Positions 11,944 through 22,562 are shown, counted from the first letter of the stretch. The stretch is DNA of 64,000 nucleotides from Azolla caroliniana (GCA_043228905.1 JBHGNT010000016.1:5084001-5148000); one strand, 5' to 3'. Made by a program: numbers and translations. The notes: generated by a model from the sequence alone, not told the origin.

Positions 11944-12380
11944 TGTTGTCTGCCGGAATAGTAACCGACGGACAAGAGCGTAGGAATAAGAAATAATATA
12001 AGATCATCACGCATGTAACGGTTCACGCAGGAAGCGTGAACGGCTAAATAGACCCTACGTATATAAAGGGCAGAAAACCTCTGATAGAAGGGGTGTGTAT
12101 TTTGGAATGTAAAGAAGCGCATCGTAATAGAATTCTATCTTCTCTGAAAATCTGTGTATAGCTACGGCTAATCTATTGTGTGTTTGGTAAACTAAGAGTG
12201 TAAGAACATGAGTGTAACCACTGCTAAGGAGTCGGTTATAGTCGTCTCCCTTATACGCCGCTAGGTTACGGGGAACATTCCCCTACGTATTACACATAGA
12301 CGCCACCATTCGTTGTTTCACAATCACTTGGAGGTCTAGGTCGAAGGACTAACCGCAAACTGTGTTCCTAATCGGTAACA
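11944..12380 (+). repeat. 5' LTR of element C
   Basis: Direct repeat of 15675-16112. Confidence 0.93.
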
Positions 12381-12434
12381 CTTTTGGCACGTTTGGTGAT
12401 CTGTGTCTTCTCACAAACGAACAACGACGAATGG

Positions 12435-13730
12435 ATGTTTAGCCGCAGATGCCCCAAAGAACCAACACGACAAGACCGGCCAATCACAAGGTCCGTCACA
12501 CGCCAGGCAAAGGAACGCGCACGACAAAAGCCTCGCCTTAGCAACCTCAATACTACCTGTCGTGATTACAAAGGTGATTCTTCGCTCTCCAAATACCTCG
12601 ACGATACGCGGGGAGCACGCTCACCACAACAACATTGTGGTCTTTCCCGACCCACTGTAGCCCCCAGCATGGCCTTTGCCTATCCCCGCTTTAACGGCGA
12701 AACCGACGCCGCAACCCATATTTGCATGTTCCGCAATGTCTGGAATGCGAACCACATGGCGCAGAGCCTTTCGAAGGCGGTAGCGCACCAGTCAAAAATG
12801 ATGGAGTTTGGGCTAACATTGGATGGGCGAGCGGCATTTTGGCATTCACAGATGGATCTACCAGCAATCACAACCTTCGATCAGTTGCAGTCCGCCTTCT
12901 TGTTGTTCTTCCATTGGAGGGTTCCACAACGCAAAATCCTCGAACAGTTCTACACGATTAAGCAACTGCCAACCGAGACGATCGCAGACTTCAGCTTACG
13001 TTTCCAAAATTTACGGCGGAAACTAGAACGGAGCCCCGCGGAGGACGAAGCTCGAGAGACATTTCTGGCAGCATTACGCCGACCCATACGGGCAACACTC
13101 AACAACAATAGCGTGAAAGGGGAAATGGCAGATATGGTCATTGAACGAGCGTTACAGCTCGAGTTGGACGATGAGGAGGAAAGGTTTTCTATGTCCTCCT
13201 TACGACAAGCATTACCCCAGGACGAGGAACGCCAGTTTCGTCAAGCAATCCAATGCACCATTTGCTTGAACTCGGGGCATTCCGCAGTAGAGTGCAACAT
13301 ACGAATCCACTGCCCAATCTGCCACTCGAAGGCTCACACAGTCGACCAATCCGAATACAATATGTTGAACAGAGTCGCCCCCATAGTACGCAGCATGGAC
13401 ACACAACGACTCCCACGCCATACTGAACAAAGGAGGCAAGAAGAACGACCACGGTATGTGGATCGCAACCCATGTGACGATCGGCACCACCGAAATCACA
13501 ATGATTCCGAGGAAGACGAACCAGAGGATGAGGATTATCGTGGACCTCCGAGTTATGCTAAAGAGGGTCGGCACTATGAGAATCACCGGCCGACAAACAA
13601 ACGTGGCGGCTTCAATGGTTATCGTGGGAAGCCGCGGCAATATCGAGATCACCGGCGTTACGACGAAAGCTTGGGAGATGAGCAACACCAAGAACCACGC
13701 CTCCGCCCCGATCCGCGAAGCGCAGGTTAG
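12435..13730 (+). CDS. Gag of element C (retrotransposon capsid plus two zinc knuckles)
   Basis: FGLTLDGRAAFW..TFDQLQSAFL..KQLPTETIADFSLRF capsid-like region; CTICLNSGHSAVEC and CPICHSKAHTVDQS knuckles; basic/acidic tail. Confidence 0.85.
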   Translation: MFSRRCPKEPTRQDRPITRSVTRQAKERARQKPRLSNLNTTCRDYKGDSSLSKYLDDTRGARSPQQHCGLSRPTVAPSMAFAYPRFNGETDAATHICMFRNVWNANHMAQSLSKAVAHQSKMMEFGLTLDGRAAFWHSQMDLPAITTFDQLQSAFLLFFHWRVPQRKILEQFYTIKQLPTETIADFSLRFQNLRRKLERSPAEDEARETFLAALRRPIRATLNNNSVKGEMADMVIERALQLELDDEEERFSMSSLRQALPQDEERQFRQAIQCTICLNSGHSAVECNIRIHCPICHSKAHTVDQSEYNMLNRVAPIVRSMDTQRLPRHTEQRRQEERPRYVDRNPCDDRHHRNHNDSEEDEPEDEDYRGPPSYAKEGRHYENHRPTNKRGGFNGYRGKPRQYRDHRRYDESLGDEQHQEPRLRPDPRSAG

Positions 13731-15589
13731 CGGAGTTAGCTGCCCCAGAGTGGGAAGAGGAACCCCAACCCGCCCAGCCAGACACGCGGACAACACCTCC
13801 CGCCCAGCCAGACACACAGACAACGCAAGAGGAACAGCTGGCACGCTCCATGAGAGTAGCCCTAGAGGCAGACGCCGAAACACGGCAAGATAGCCCCAAA
13901 CCGAAACGGCGGAGATTGGAAAAGAAAGATGGGCGGGGATTGGTCAAAGACATCCCCACAGCGGTAGAGACAACAACCGAAGGCGATGGCTCCGCAGCTA
14001 CGGAGCCCTATACCACCTTCGAAATCATCCGGGAGCCACGGCCGATCATTACGACCTAGTCCCAACGAGGGAAAGCTGTATTGACGGCGGAAAGCGAGGT
14101 TTTGGCATATCCAGATATCCCGGACACGGCCCATGAGTTCAGCGCCCTCTTACAGTTCGAAACCTCTTTTGAGCTCATGGAATTCCTGGCAACACAACAG
14201 ATAAAGGCCCCACAACAAATGGCCGAGGAGCACGCGGAGCGCCAGATGATCGAGCGCGCCCTAACACAAACGGCGGAGAGCGACGATGAGGACCGACTAA
14301 CCAGGGTCGGTAGACAGAGGAACGCCGGTGTACGCGGAGTGGGGATGGAGCTACCCCCATTAAACACAGCCCTAGTCGAAGTCCATAGGGAATTGGCAAA
14401 GGTCAGCACGGGCGCCAAGGAGATGGCCATTAAAATGAAGAATGTCTGGAAGAAGGTGAAAATGACCCAAGTCGAGCTACAAAGAGCCAACGAACGCATC
14501 GCGGAGTTAGAATCTAACACAACTACGGCGCAACAGGCAACTCTGCCACCAAACCACGCCATCGACGCTTTGAAGGAAGAAATTGAGGCTCAGACCGCCA
14601 TCACCTCAAAAGTGAAAAGGGTTGTGCAACTAGTGGAATCAGAAATTGACCGCCTTCGAGCTGAACTGCGCCAATCCTCAGACAGAGAAAAGTAGATCCG
14701 GGCTAATGGCCGGAAGGCAGTAAAAACCCTTGAAGAGAAACTCGTTGCAGAGGTAACACAGCACATCCGGACAAAAGACGAAAACACCCAATTACGGGAT
14801 GAAGCGAAGAAATCGGAGGCGGCAATCGCGAGACTCTACACCTTATTGGAGAAAAAGAAGGCATAATTCGACGAGCAGCTGGTGGTCGAACAAGAAAGAA
14901 GGCATCAGCTCGAAATCCGCCTAAACAATGAAATGGGGAAGTTAGAAGAACACCATGCAAAGGAATCCCAACTGTGGGCGGGCCTAAAGACCACGTACGA
15001 AGAAGCAGCGGCGGTTAGGCAGCAAGAAATTGCAAACCTCCAGAAGTCAGTGGAGGACGCATGCAACCGTTGCCAGGCCATCACAGACAACATGCGTATC
15101 CTTCTACAAACAAATCGGGAGAGGTTCACAGCGCAATTGAAAACGGCGTTGGACAAAGGATGGATGGCGTGGGCAACCCAAGCAGTGGAACTGCACGTGT
15201 CCCGCGCGGACTAGGAGAACCGGCGAAAAGACGGACGAGGTGTCTATAAACTAAATGAGGAGAGCATTGCGGTCGTATGCGAGGACCTAGCGCAAGACTA
15301 TCGTGCACTAGCGAACCAACATTCCGAAGAACTCGCGCAACTCTTAGATGATTTTGGTGAAAGCCAGGAGGAGCTATTTCACCAGATCACACAAGCCGGC
15401 AACACGCGAACAAATGAGGAATCCAACGCGACGCCAATTCCGGGCACGGCTGAAGAAGAGGAACCACCGTACCCGGACCGCCCACACAGGACGCCCGCGA
15501 CACCGGAAGAAGCCATTCCGACCAAACAGGGGAACCACACCACGATGCACCTACGGGCCCTACGTCGCCTCCGAACGCGGATACCGTAG
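13682..15589 (+). pseudogene. ORF2 of element C, ~630-codon coiled-coil protein with four in-frame stops
   Basis: ORF-track pieces 13850-14059, 14081-14695 and 14882-15214 share one frame, broken by TAG/TAA stops consistent with CAG/CAA>T. E/K/R/Q/L heptad-rich. Confidence 0.7.
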
Positions 15590-15674
15590 CAGAGCCAAAC
15601 ATCCGGGCCATTTTGGAAGAAGATTAACGGGATGGGTCCGACGTGCCAGGGCACTGTCCCACAGGCATGCCAGG

Positions 15675-16112
15675 TGTTGGCCGCCGGAATAGTAACCGAC
15701 GGACAAGAGCGTAGGAATAAGAAATAATATAAGATCATAACGCATGTAACGGTTCACGTAGGAAGCGTGAACGGCTAAATAGACCCTACGTATATAAAGG
15801 GCAAAAAACCTCTGATAGAAGGAGCGTGTATTTTGGAATGTAAAGAAGCGCATCGTAATAGAATTCTATCTTCTCTGAAAATCTGTGTATAGCTACGGCT
15901 AATCTATTGTGTGTCTGGAATACCTGAGAGTGTAAGAACGTGAGTGTAACCACTGCTAAGGAGTCGGTTGTAGCCGTCTCCCTTATACGCCGCTAGGTTA
16001 CGGGGAACATTCCCCTACGTATTACGCATAGACGCCACCATTCGTTGTTTCACAATCACTTGGAGGTCTAGGTCGAAGGACTGACCGTAGACCATGTTCC
16101 TAATCGGTAACA
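15675..16112 (+). repeat. 3' LTR of element C
   Basis: Direct repeat of 11944-12380. Confidence 0.93.
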
Positions 16113-16117
16113 TGCAT

Positions 16118-17998
16118 CCGAAGACCATACCGAGATTTGGCAAGCAGTCCGTTTTGATAATTACTTCTGTCCCGATTAGGTAATCTTTGCCGACCTTAAC
16201 CGCCGAAACGATACCCTACAGCTCGTGCTGAACTTGAGCGTACCTTTGTTGTCGCTCACTCAGTACCTTCGCACAGAACCGGATAGGGAAGCGTGTGTCG
16301 TCTTCGTCCTCTTGATTTACGACCCACCCGATCTCGGTCGGGTTGGTGTCCACAATGATGTAGACCGGAGTTCCCGGTGTGTATTCCGCTTTGCGGAAAG
16401 CTGATGCTGTAGTAAGCGTTCGTTTTAGTTTCCGGACTGCCTCCATATGTTCCTTCGTCCACTCGAATTTCCTGTTCTTCTTCAGTAGGTCGTAGAGTGG
16501 TTCGGCGACGTGCGCGTAATGAGGGATCCATATGTGGTAGAAGGCGCATGCTCCCAAGAACCATCGGACCTCTGTGATGGATCCGCACTCCTCCTTCATT
16601 GCCGAGATGGCTTCTACCTTGGTCGGCAATGGCTTCCGGCCATACGGCCCACATAGGTGGCCAACCACTAATATCTCCGGTTGTCTGAAAGCCAACTTTT
16701 CTCCCGAGAAGGGAAGCCGTGGGCCTTCAACCCTCCGTAATATCTTCTCGCAGTCGGAGATGTGGTCCGAAACAAACCTTCGGCACCTGTCCGTGCCGAT
16801 CAACTCATCCTTAGCGTCTTCTGGACACCCCTTGATAGGGATGTCGTCTAGAAAAGGCATGGTGATGTCCAGGATGTAGTCCCTCAGAACTCTGTTCATT
16901 GCGTTCACCATGTGTGCCACCGAGTTGGTTCCACCCTGTGGTAGGGTACACATTCGAACTACGCCGAGAGGGGTCCGCATCGTCCTGATGTCCCTGCTTT
17001 CCATGGCGAGCTGGAATTGGTCGTACCTCGAGTAAAGACCTCCGACCGAGTATATGGACCTTCCGGAGAAGGCTTCAGCGAACTCATCGATCGACGGCCC
17101 GACTCCTGTATTGCGGATGGTCAATTTGTTGACCGGTTGCAAGTCCTGGATGAACCGTAGCGTGCCTTTCTTCTTTGGTACCGTAAACCACCGGTTAGAA
17201 TAGGGGGCACTCGACAGTTCGAGGATGCCCAGCTCCACTTTCTACTTAAGAAGCTCCATCAACATCGGCATGTGAGCTCCCGGTACTGGGATCGGCTTGA
17301 GACTCCATGGTATGTGCGGTACTGTAAAGATCACCATTGGCTCGACGATGGTCGGGTTGACGCACCCGATCTCTCCTAGTGAGAATGCAAAGGCCTTCCC
17401 ATGCCCCTCGAGCATTCTTCTGAACCGGCCCTCTTCCGTCGGCAGTAGGAAGCCACCCCCACCGATCTTCAATTCTCGTAGCGTTTTGTCGGTGAAACGA
17501 TGTCCTATGACGGCTGGATCTCGCAAGCTCGGGTTGGTAGCGACCCCCTTTATTCATTCCCAGCTGCCCTCCGGTGAGGGAGTCGCGACGAGCTTCACCT
17601 TCTAGCCCACAGTCTTGTATTTTGTGTCTATTTGGGCAATCCGATGTGCCCCAGTTCCGGGCCGGTTCCTCTTTCGAAGTCCGCAATGACTTCATACATG
17701 TCGATCGAGTTGACCGGTATGACTCGGTCTTCGCTTAGACCTCCTTCGACTACCTTCCCGATTTCCCCCAAGGTGTCATCAAACGAGACTGCCTCCACGG
17801 CTTCCCCAATTCCTTCGTCGTGGCTTAAGACTCCGCACGCCTTCAAGCATATCTCGACCCATTTTCTTTCTCTACCGTTGATGCCAGCTATGGTACACCC
17901 TCCGTTGTTGGAGAACAAAACTTTCCTACCTATTTTACAAGTGTGGGGAGTTTCCCGGTGGTCCGGACTATCGTGGCCCCCCACCTTGATAGCCCTAT
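16118..17998 (-). pseudogene. Element A pol: reverse transcriptase and start of RNase H
   Basis: WFTVPKKKGTLRFIQDLQPVNK, LPQGGTNS, PFLDD, FLGAC, VDTNPTEIGWVVNQ; several stops. Confidence 0.92.
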
Positions 17999-20128
17999 CT
18001 AAAAATCCGGCTTATCATCATTTCCGAGGGAGTCCCGGTTTCATTCGTGGTTCTTCCGAACGGTCAAAAATTGGACGGAGTGACGGTCGTCCTTACTTTT
18101 TACCCTCGCATAGGTTGAACCATTGTCCAGCACTTTCGTCTCCATTCTAGCCGTCGTGATGTATGGTTCCCCGAGGATGACCAAGTGGGAGGACGTTTCT
18201 TGCACAAAAAAGTGTTGGTTTATGTCGACGTCTCCGACGCTCACCCTAACGTTCGGGCAGGCCCCGTGCAGCTCTTCCATGGCTCTTGTTGCCGCGCGTA
18301 TCTTCCACCCATGTTTGGTGGTGATCGGCCAATTTCCCTTTTTGTAGAAGTCCATGGACATTAGGTTAATTTCCGACCTGTGGTCGATTAATGCCACCAT
18401 CGGTTCCTTGACATTCCCAATTCGAACTGGGGTCTCTGTAGTAGCTCTTGCCCAGTGCGTCTTGGCGTAGTGGCTTTCTGCGAGCTCGTCTTCCATGGCA
18501 ATCTCGTCGAAGAGTGCCGCCCTCACCTCAACCGGCTTCTCGGGCTCCGGTTCCATCGTGAGACGCTTTCTCTTCACGAGTTCCACGATATTGTCGTGGA
18601 ACTCACTTCTTGCTATACCGAGCACTTCCCTAAGCGTGAGTTCTATGCGACTGTCGAGAACTCGCTCCTCTAGAACCTTTTGTAGGTTCGTTGTTTTCTC
18701 GATTTCCGAGCTTACGCGGAAGCTCGGAATCCTACCCTTCTCCTTCTGTTGGGACCCGGTCGGAGTGGCATCATTCTTTTTGGGCGTGCTTCGGGTGTCA
18801 TACCTCCCCGAAGGGCCCGCTCCCCCGGTTTTCCCCGCTCGTCTTTCGTCGATCAGGGCCTCGTGGTTCCTACACATGACTTCCACAAAGCCGGTGCTTT
18901 CTTCAACAAGGTCGCTCCACCCGGTAACTTCGCGCACACGTTCTTCTGCGCGCTCCACTTCTCCCTTCAGCAACCTTCCTCCGGTCAAGGTCTCAAGAAT
19001 AGCCGGCCAAAACCTAGGGTTTGAATCAGGTTTGGCCACCTTTTCCCCTACTCGGATGCTGGCTGAAGCCGAATAGTGGATGGCTTCAACGTGCCGGGTC
19101 GCAGCCTCTTCCATTAGCCTCTTCATGCCACCTCGTCCAAAATTCGTGTCGAGCAGTCTTCGCATGTCGCTCGCATATACCCGACCGTTCGAAAGGTAGA
19201 CTACATTACTCTTGAGTGCTTCTCCAAAGTCAGCACATTCTCTCCGGGCATGTCTGGTGGCGTCGCACCATACGCACCTCTGATTGGTCGCCGGTTGCCG
19301 GTCGCGCGGCTGACCCTCGTCACTTCAGCGGGCTTGGGCGATCTGGAGGTCACGTACCATCCTTGTTAGTTCTTCTAGCCCTGCGTCGCCCGCAGGTCCC
19401 GCGACTATGTTCGTCGGGGTTGGGCCTAGCTCGAGCCACCTCCTCGTTTCTTCCATTCAGATCGGCGTCGGTTTGGCCCTGATTTCGACAGCCGGACCGA
19501 TCGACGAGGATCCCTTTTCTCTCCATTCTCGGCATTTGTCAATCCTGCTGCATACTTCTTTGATGGTCGCCCAGTTAGTCATGAGACCTCGGTTGGTTTC
19601 CAAAAGAAGACCCATGCTTTCATGGACGCGTGAATCGAAAGATGTTACGAAAAATAGGACTTTGCTTGTTTCGAGCACGGTTCGGACCAATCTAGAGAGT
19701 CGTGCGAACCGTGAATCGAACTCCTGGAGGAGCGCCGAAGCGTTCTGACCCTTGTTTGGATTGTTGACCCAGTCCATAAAATCCTTTCTGGATAGCCAGA
19801 GTGACTCATCATAGTTGTACCTCTCGAGAACTTCCTCTACGAATTCCGCCCAATCGCGCCAGACTGCTTGTATCTCGACTATCTCTGTATGGATGTGTGG
19901 TGTTACGACCCAGGGAAACCTCGCTAGTCGTCTATCTTCGGGTATGTTCCTCATCTGCATTTCCGATTGGTAAGCCTCTAAGTAACTCGTGGTGTCCTTT
20001 CCGCCGAACCGGCCTATTCTGCCAACCGTTGCTTCTATGGCCCGGTCAAGGGCACTCGCGCCCTCGCGAGCACTAACCAGGCGGTCTACCGCCACCGCCA
20101 TTGCTTCTGCAAGTTCGCTTCCTCTCAT
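17999..20128 (-). pseudogene. Element A gag-protease ORF, disrupted
   Basis: MRGSELAE start, CVWCD..H..C knuckle, protease LIDHRSEINL..VILGEPY. Ends GGATTTTTAG. Confidence 0.88.
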
Positions 20129-20152
20129 CTCCAGATTGCTTTGCCGCCCTTT

Positions 20153-20170
20153 TTCACGTCGGGTTCACCA
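20153..20170 (-). promoter_or_regulatory. Primer-binding site for tRNA-Trp (element A)
   Basis: The + strand reads ttcacgtcgggttcacca, the tRNA-Trp 3' 18 nt including CCA, 4 nt from the LTR. Confidence 0.95.
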
Positions 20171-20174
20171 ATTA

Positions 20175-20901
20175 TATCGAGGTTATCCTCGCGGATGCGT
20201 AGAAGTCGGGCAGGACCACGGGGGTCTCGAACCAAGGAATCGAGAAAACGAGGAGGGAGGAGTTGGAGGACCGTGTAGGTCTTGAGACCACGGGAAAACA
20301 AGTAAGGCTAGCGAACGAGAGAGGGTAAGAGAGTCGTGCGAAGACGCAAACACTGGCAAGACTCTGAGAACAACGTTTGTTAGGTAGAGAAGGTTTCTAT
20401 TACACAACACAGGTGCACGGTGTTGTGGGTGATTACAACCAGATCAGAGCCGGCGATTGAGCGTAGAGCTTGGCAATAGCCAAACACGAAGGTACGTGGG
20501 CACGCTGAAGGTCGATCCCCTGGTCGGGAGCACTCGGGCGTCTGACACGTGTAGGTGGAAGCGCCTACCGATGATCAGTCCTTAGACTCCTCTCTGTATC
20601 TCCTCTCCTCTCAAAAGTGGCCTCCTGAAGACAGTCGAAGGTCGCCCCCTTTATAGCACAAAGAACGACCATTACAAGCATTCATGACCCGTCGTTTTCC
20701 CTTCCTAGATTCTCTCCCCTCGTAACTCTCCCTACATATGCGATGTCTATTTCTTCTTTAATGCCCTAACTACCTAGTACCCCTCCATATACTCATGCCT
20801 AGTACTTTCCTATTTAATTCTCTCGAGGCGTGCATTCGTGTAAACTGGTGTTCCTGCGCGTTTCACCTTGTTTCTACCTATGGCCCGGAATCTTCACGAC
20901 A
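20175..20901 (-). repeat. 5' LTR of element A
   Basis: Direct repeat of 3509-4235, adjacent to the PBS. Confidence 0.95.
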
Positions 20902-21071
20902 GCGTCTGACTCCATATCAAAACGTTACGTTTTTTATTCACATTGGGTTCAGTTCAAGAAGGTCGACCACAATGACGGACTTATCGGTCAGCCTCCTTGG
21001 GCCATAACAATGTGTAGGATTCATCGTGCAATAGCTAAGGCATGTTCGATAGTTCATATTTCAAACACGTA

Positions 21072-21143
21072 GGATCCGTGGCGCAATGGTAGCGAGTCTA
21101 ACTCCATATCAAAACGTTGCATGTTCGATTCACGTTGGGTTCA
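21072..21143 (+). pseudogene. tRNA-Trp(CCA) degenerate copy
   Basis: 72 nt, A and B boxes intact, anticodon stem mismatched. Confidence 0.7.
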
Positions 21144-21261
21144 TTTCAGCAAGGTGGGCCACAATGATGGAGTTATCGGTCGGCCATAACAATAATGTAG
21201 GATTTGTCATGCAATAGCTAAGGTGTGTTTGATAGTGCAACTAGTTTATTTTGAACACGTA

Positions 21262-21333
21262 GGATCCGTGGCGCAATGGTAGCATGTCTGACTCTAGATT
21301 AGAAGGTTATGTGTTCGATTCAAGTCGGGTTCC
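21262..21333 (+). pseudogene. tRNA-Trp-derived copy with anticodon CTA (amber-suppressor-like)
   Basis: tctga-ct-CTA-ga-ttaga; A and B boxes intact; D and T stems each have a mismatch. Confidence 0.7.
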
Positions 21334-21396
21334 TTAGGAAGGTCGACGAAAATGACGGTCTTATCCATTGGCCTCCTTGGGCCATAACGATATGTA

Positions 21397-21466
21397 GGAT
21401 CCGTGGCGCAATGGTAGCACGTTTTACTCCATTGAGAACATTCGTGTTAGATTCACCTCAGGTATA
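21397..21466 (+). pseudogene. tRNA-Trp degenerate copy
   Basis: 5' 22 nt match the consensus; 3' half degraded. Confidence 0.6.
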
Positions 21467-21585
21467 TTTCAAGAAGGTCAACCACAATGACGAACTTATC
21501 AGTCAGCCTCCTTGGGCCATACCAATTGTAGGATTCGTCGTGCAATAGCTAAGGCGTGTTCGATATTTCATATTTCGAACACGTA

Positions 21586-21657
21586 GGATCCATGGACCAA
21601 TGGTAGCGCGTTTGACTCCAAATCAGAACGTTGGATGTTCGATTCACGTCGGGTTCA
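21586..21657 (+). pseudogene. tRNA-Trp(CCA) degenerate copy
   Basis: 72 nt, anticodon CCA. Confidence 0.7.
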
Positions 21658-21777
21658 TTTTAGGAAGGTAGGCCACAATGACTTTCTTATCCGTCGGCTT
21701 CCTTGGGCCATAACAAGATGTAGGATTCATCGTGCAATAGCTAAGGCATGTTCGATAGTTCATATTTCGAACACGTA

Positions 21778-21854
21778 GGATCCGTGGCGCAATGGTAGGG
21801 CGTCTAACTCCAGATCAGAACGTTGCCTGTTCGATTCACATCGCTTCGGGTTCA
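21778..21854 (+). pseudogene. tRNA-Trp(CCA) copy with a 5-nt insertion near the 3' end
   Basis: Anticodon CCA; extra bases before cgggttca. Confidence 0.68.
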
Positions 21855-22216
21855 TTTTAGGAAGGTCGACCAACATGACGGTCTTATCCATGGGCCATAA
21901 CAATATGTAGGATTCGTCATTCAATTGCTAATGATGTGCAATGGTAGGGCATCTGACCCCATATTAGAAGGTTGCGTGTTCAATTCATGTCGGGTTCATT
22001 TCAGGGAGGTCGATTACAATGACTTTCTTATTTGTCGGCCTTCTTGGGCCATAACAAGATGTAGGATTTGTCGTGTAATAGCTCACGTCGGGTTCATTTT
22101 AGGAAGGTCGACCACGATGACAATCTAATCCATCGGCCTCCTTGGGCCAAAACAAGATGTAGGATCCGTCGTGCAACAGCTAAGGTGTGTTTGATAATTC
22201 ATGTTTTGAACATGTA

Positions 22217-22288
22217 GGATCCGTGGCGCAATGGTAGCGCAACTGACTCCAGATCAGAAGGTTGCGTGTTTGATTCACGTCGGGTTCA
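22217..22288 (+). tRNA. tRNA-Trp(CCA), best-preserved copy
   Basis: 69/72 identical to the plant consensus. Changes at nt 25-26 and T-loop C>T (B box hit). Followed by TTTT. Confidence 0.8.
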
Positions 22289-22408
22289 TTTTAGGAAGGT
22301 TGGCCACGATGACGATCTAATCCGTCGGCCTCCTTGGGCCATAACAAGATGTAGGATCCGTCCTGCAATAGCTAAGGCATGTTCGATATTTCATATTGCG
22401 AACACGTA

Positions 22409-22452
22409 GGATCCGTGGTGCAATGGTAGCGCGTCTCACTCTAGATCAAAAC
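22409..22452 (+). pseudogene. 5' part of a tRNA-Trp copy, anticodon CTA, 3' end deleted
   Basis: ggatccgtggtgcaatggtagcgcgtctcactctagatca, then jumps into spacer sequence. Confidence 0.6.
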
Positions 22453-22562
22453 TTCGACGGTCTTATCCGTTAGCCTGCTTGGGCCATAACAATAATGTAG
22501 GATTCGTCATGCAATAGTTAGGCGTGTTCGATAGCGCAATTAGTTCATTTTTCGAACACATA

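Larger units (their letters stand above)
11944..16112 (+). mobile_element. Non-autonomous LTR element C (gag plus coiled-coil ORF, no pol), nested in the RNase H of A
   Basis: LTRs 11944-12380 and 15675-16112 (TGTT..AACA, ~95% identical). Flanks cgcat/tgcat form a 5-bp TSD with one C>T. TATA-like tatataaag on the + strand. Confidence 0.92.
3509..20901 (-). mobile_element. Ty3/gypsy LTR retrotransposon A (tRNA-Trp-primed, decayed), host of nested elements B and C
   Basis: 727-bp LTRs at 3509-4235 and 20175-20901 (~95% identical by eye). 4-bp TSD GCGT (3505-3508 and 20902-20905). PBS 20153-20170, PPT ~4236-4252. Order gag-PR-RT-RH-IN. Confidence 0.95.

Noticed and set aside
21658-21777. Dicistronic tRNA-snoRNA in the array spacer
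   Set aside because: caatgac/caatgat only weakly resembles box C, no conserved CTGA box D is present, and a T-run follows the tRNA.
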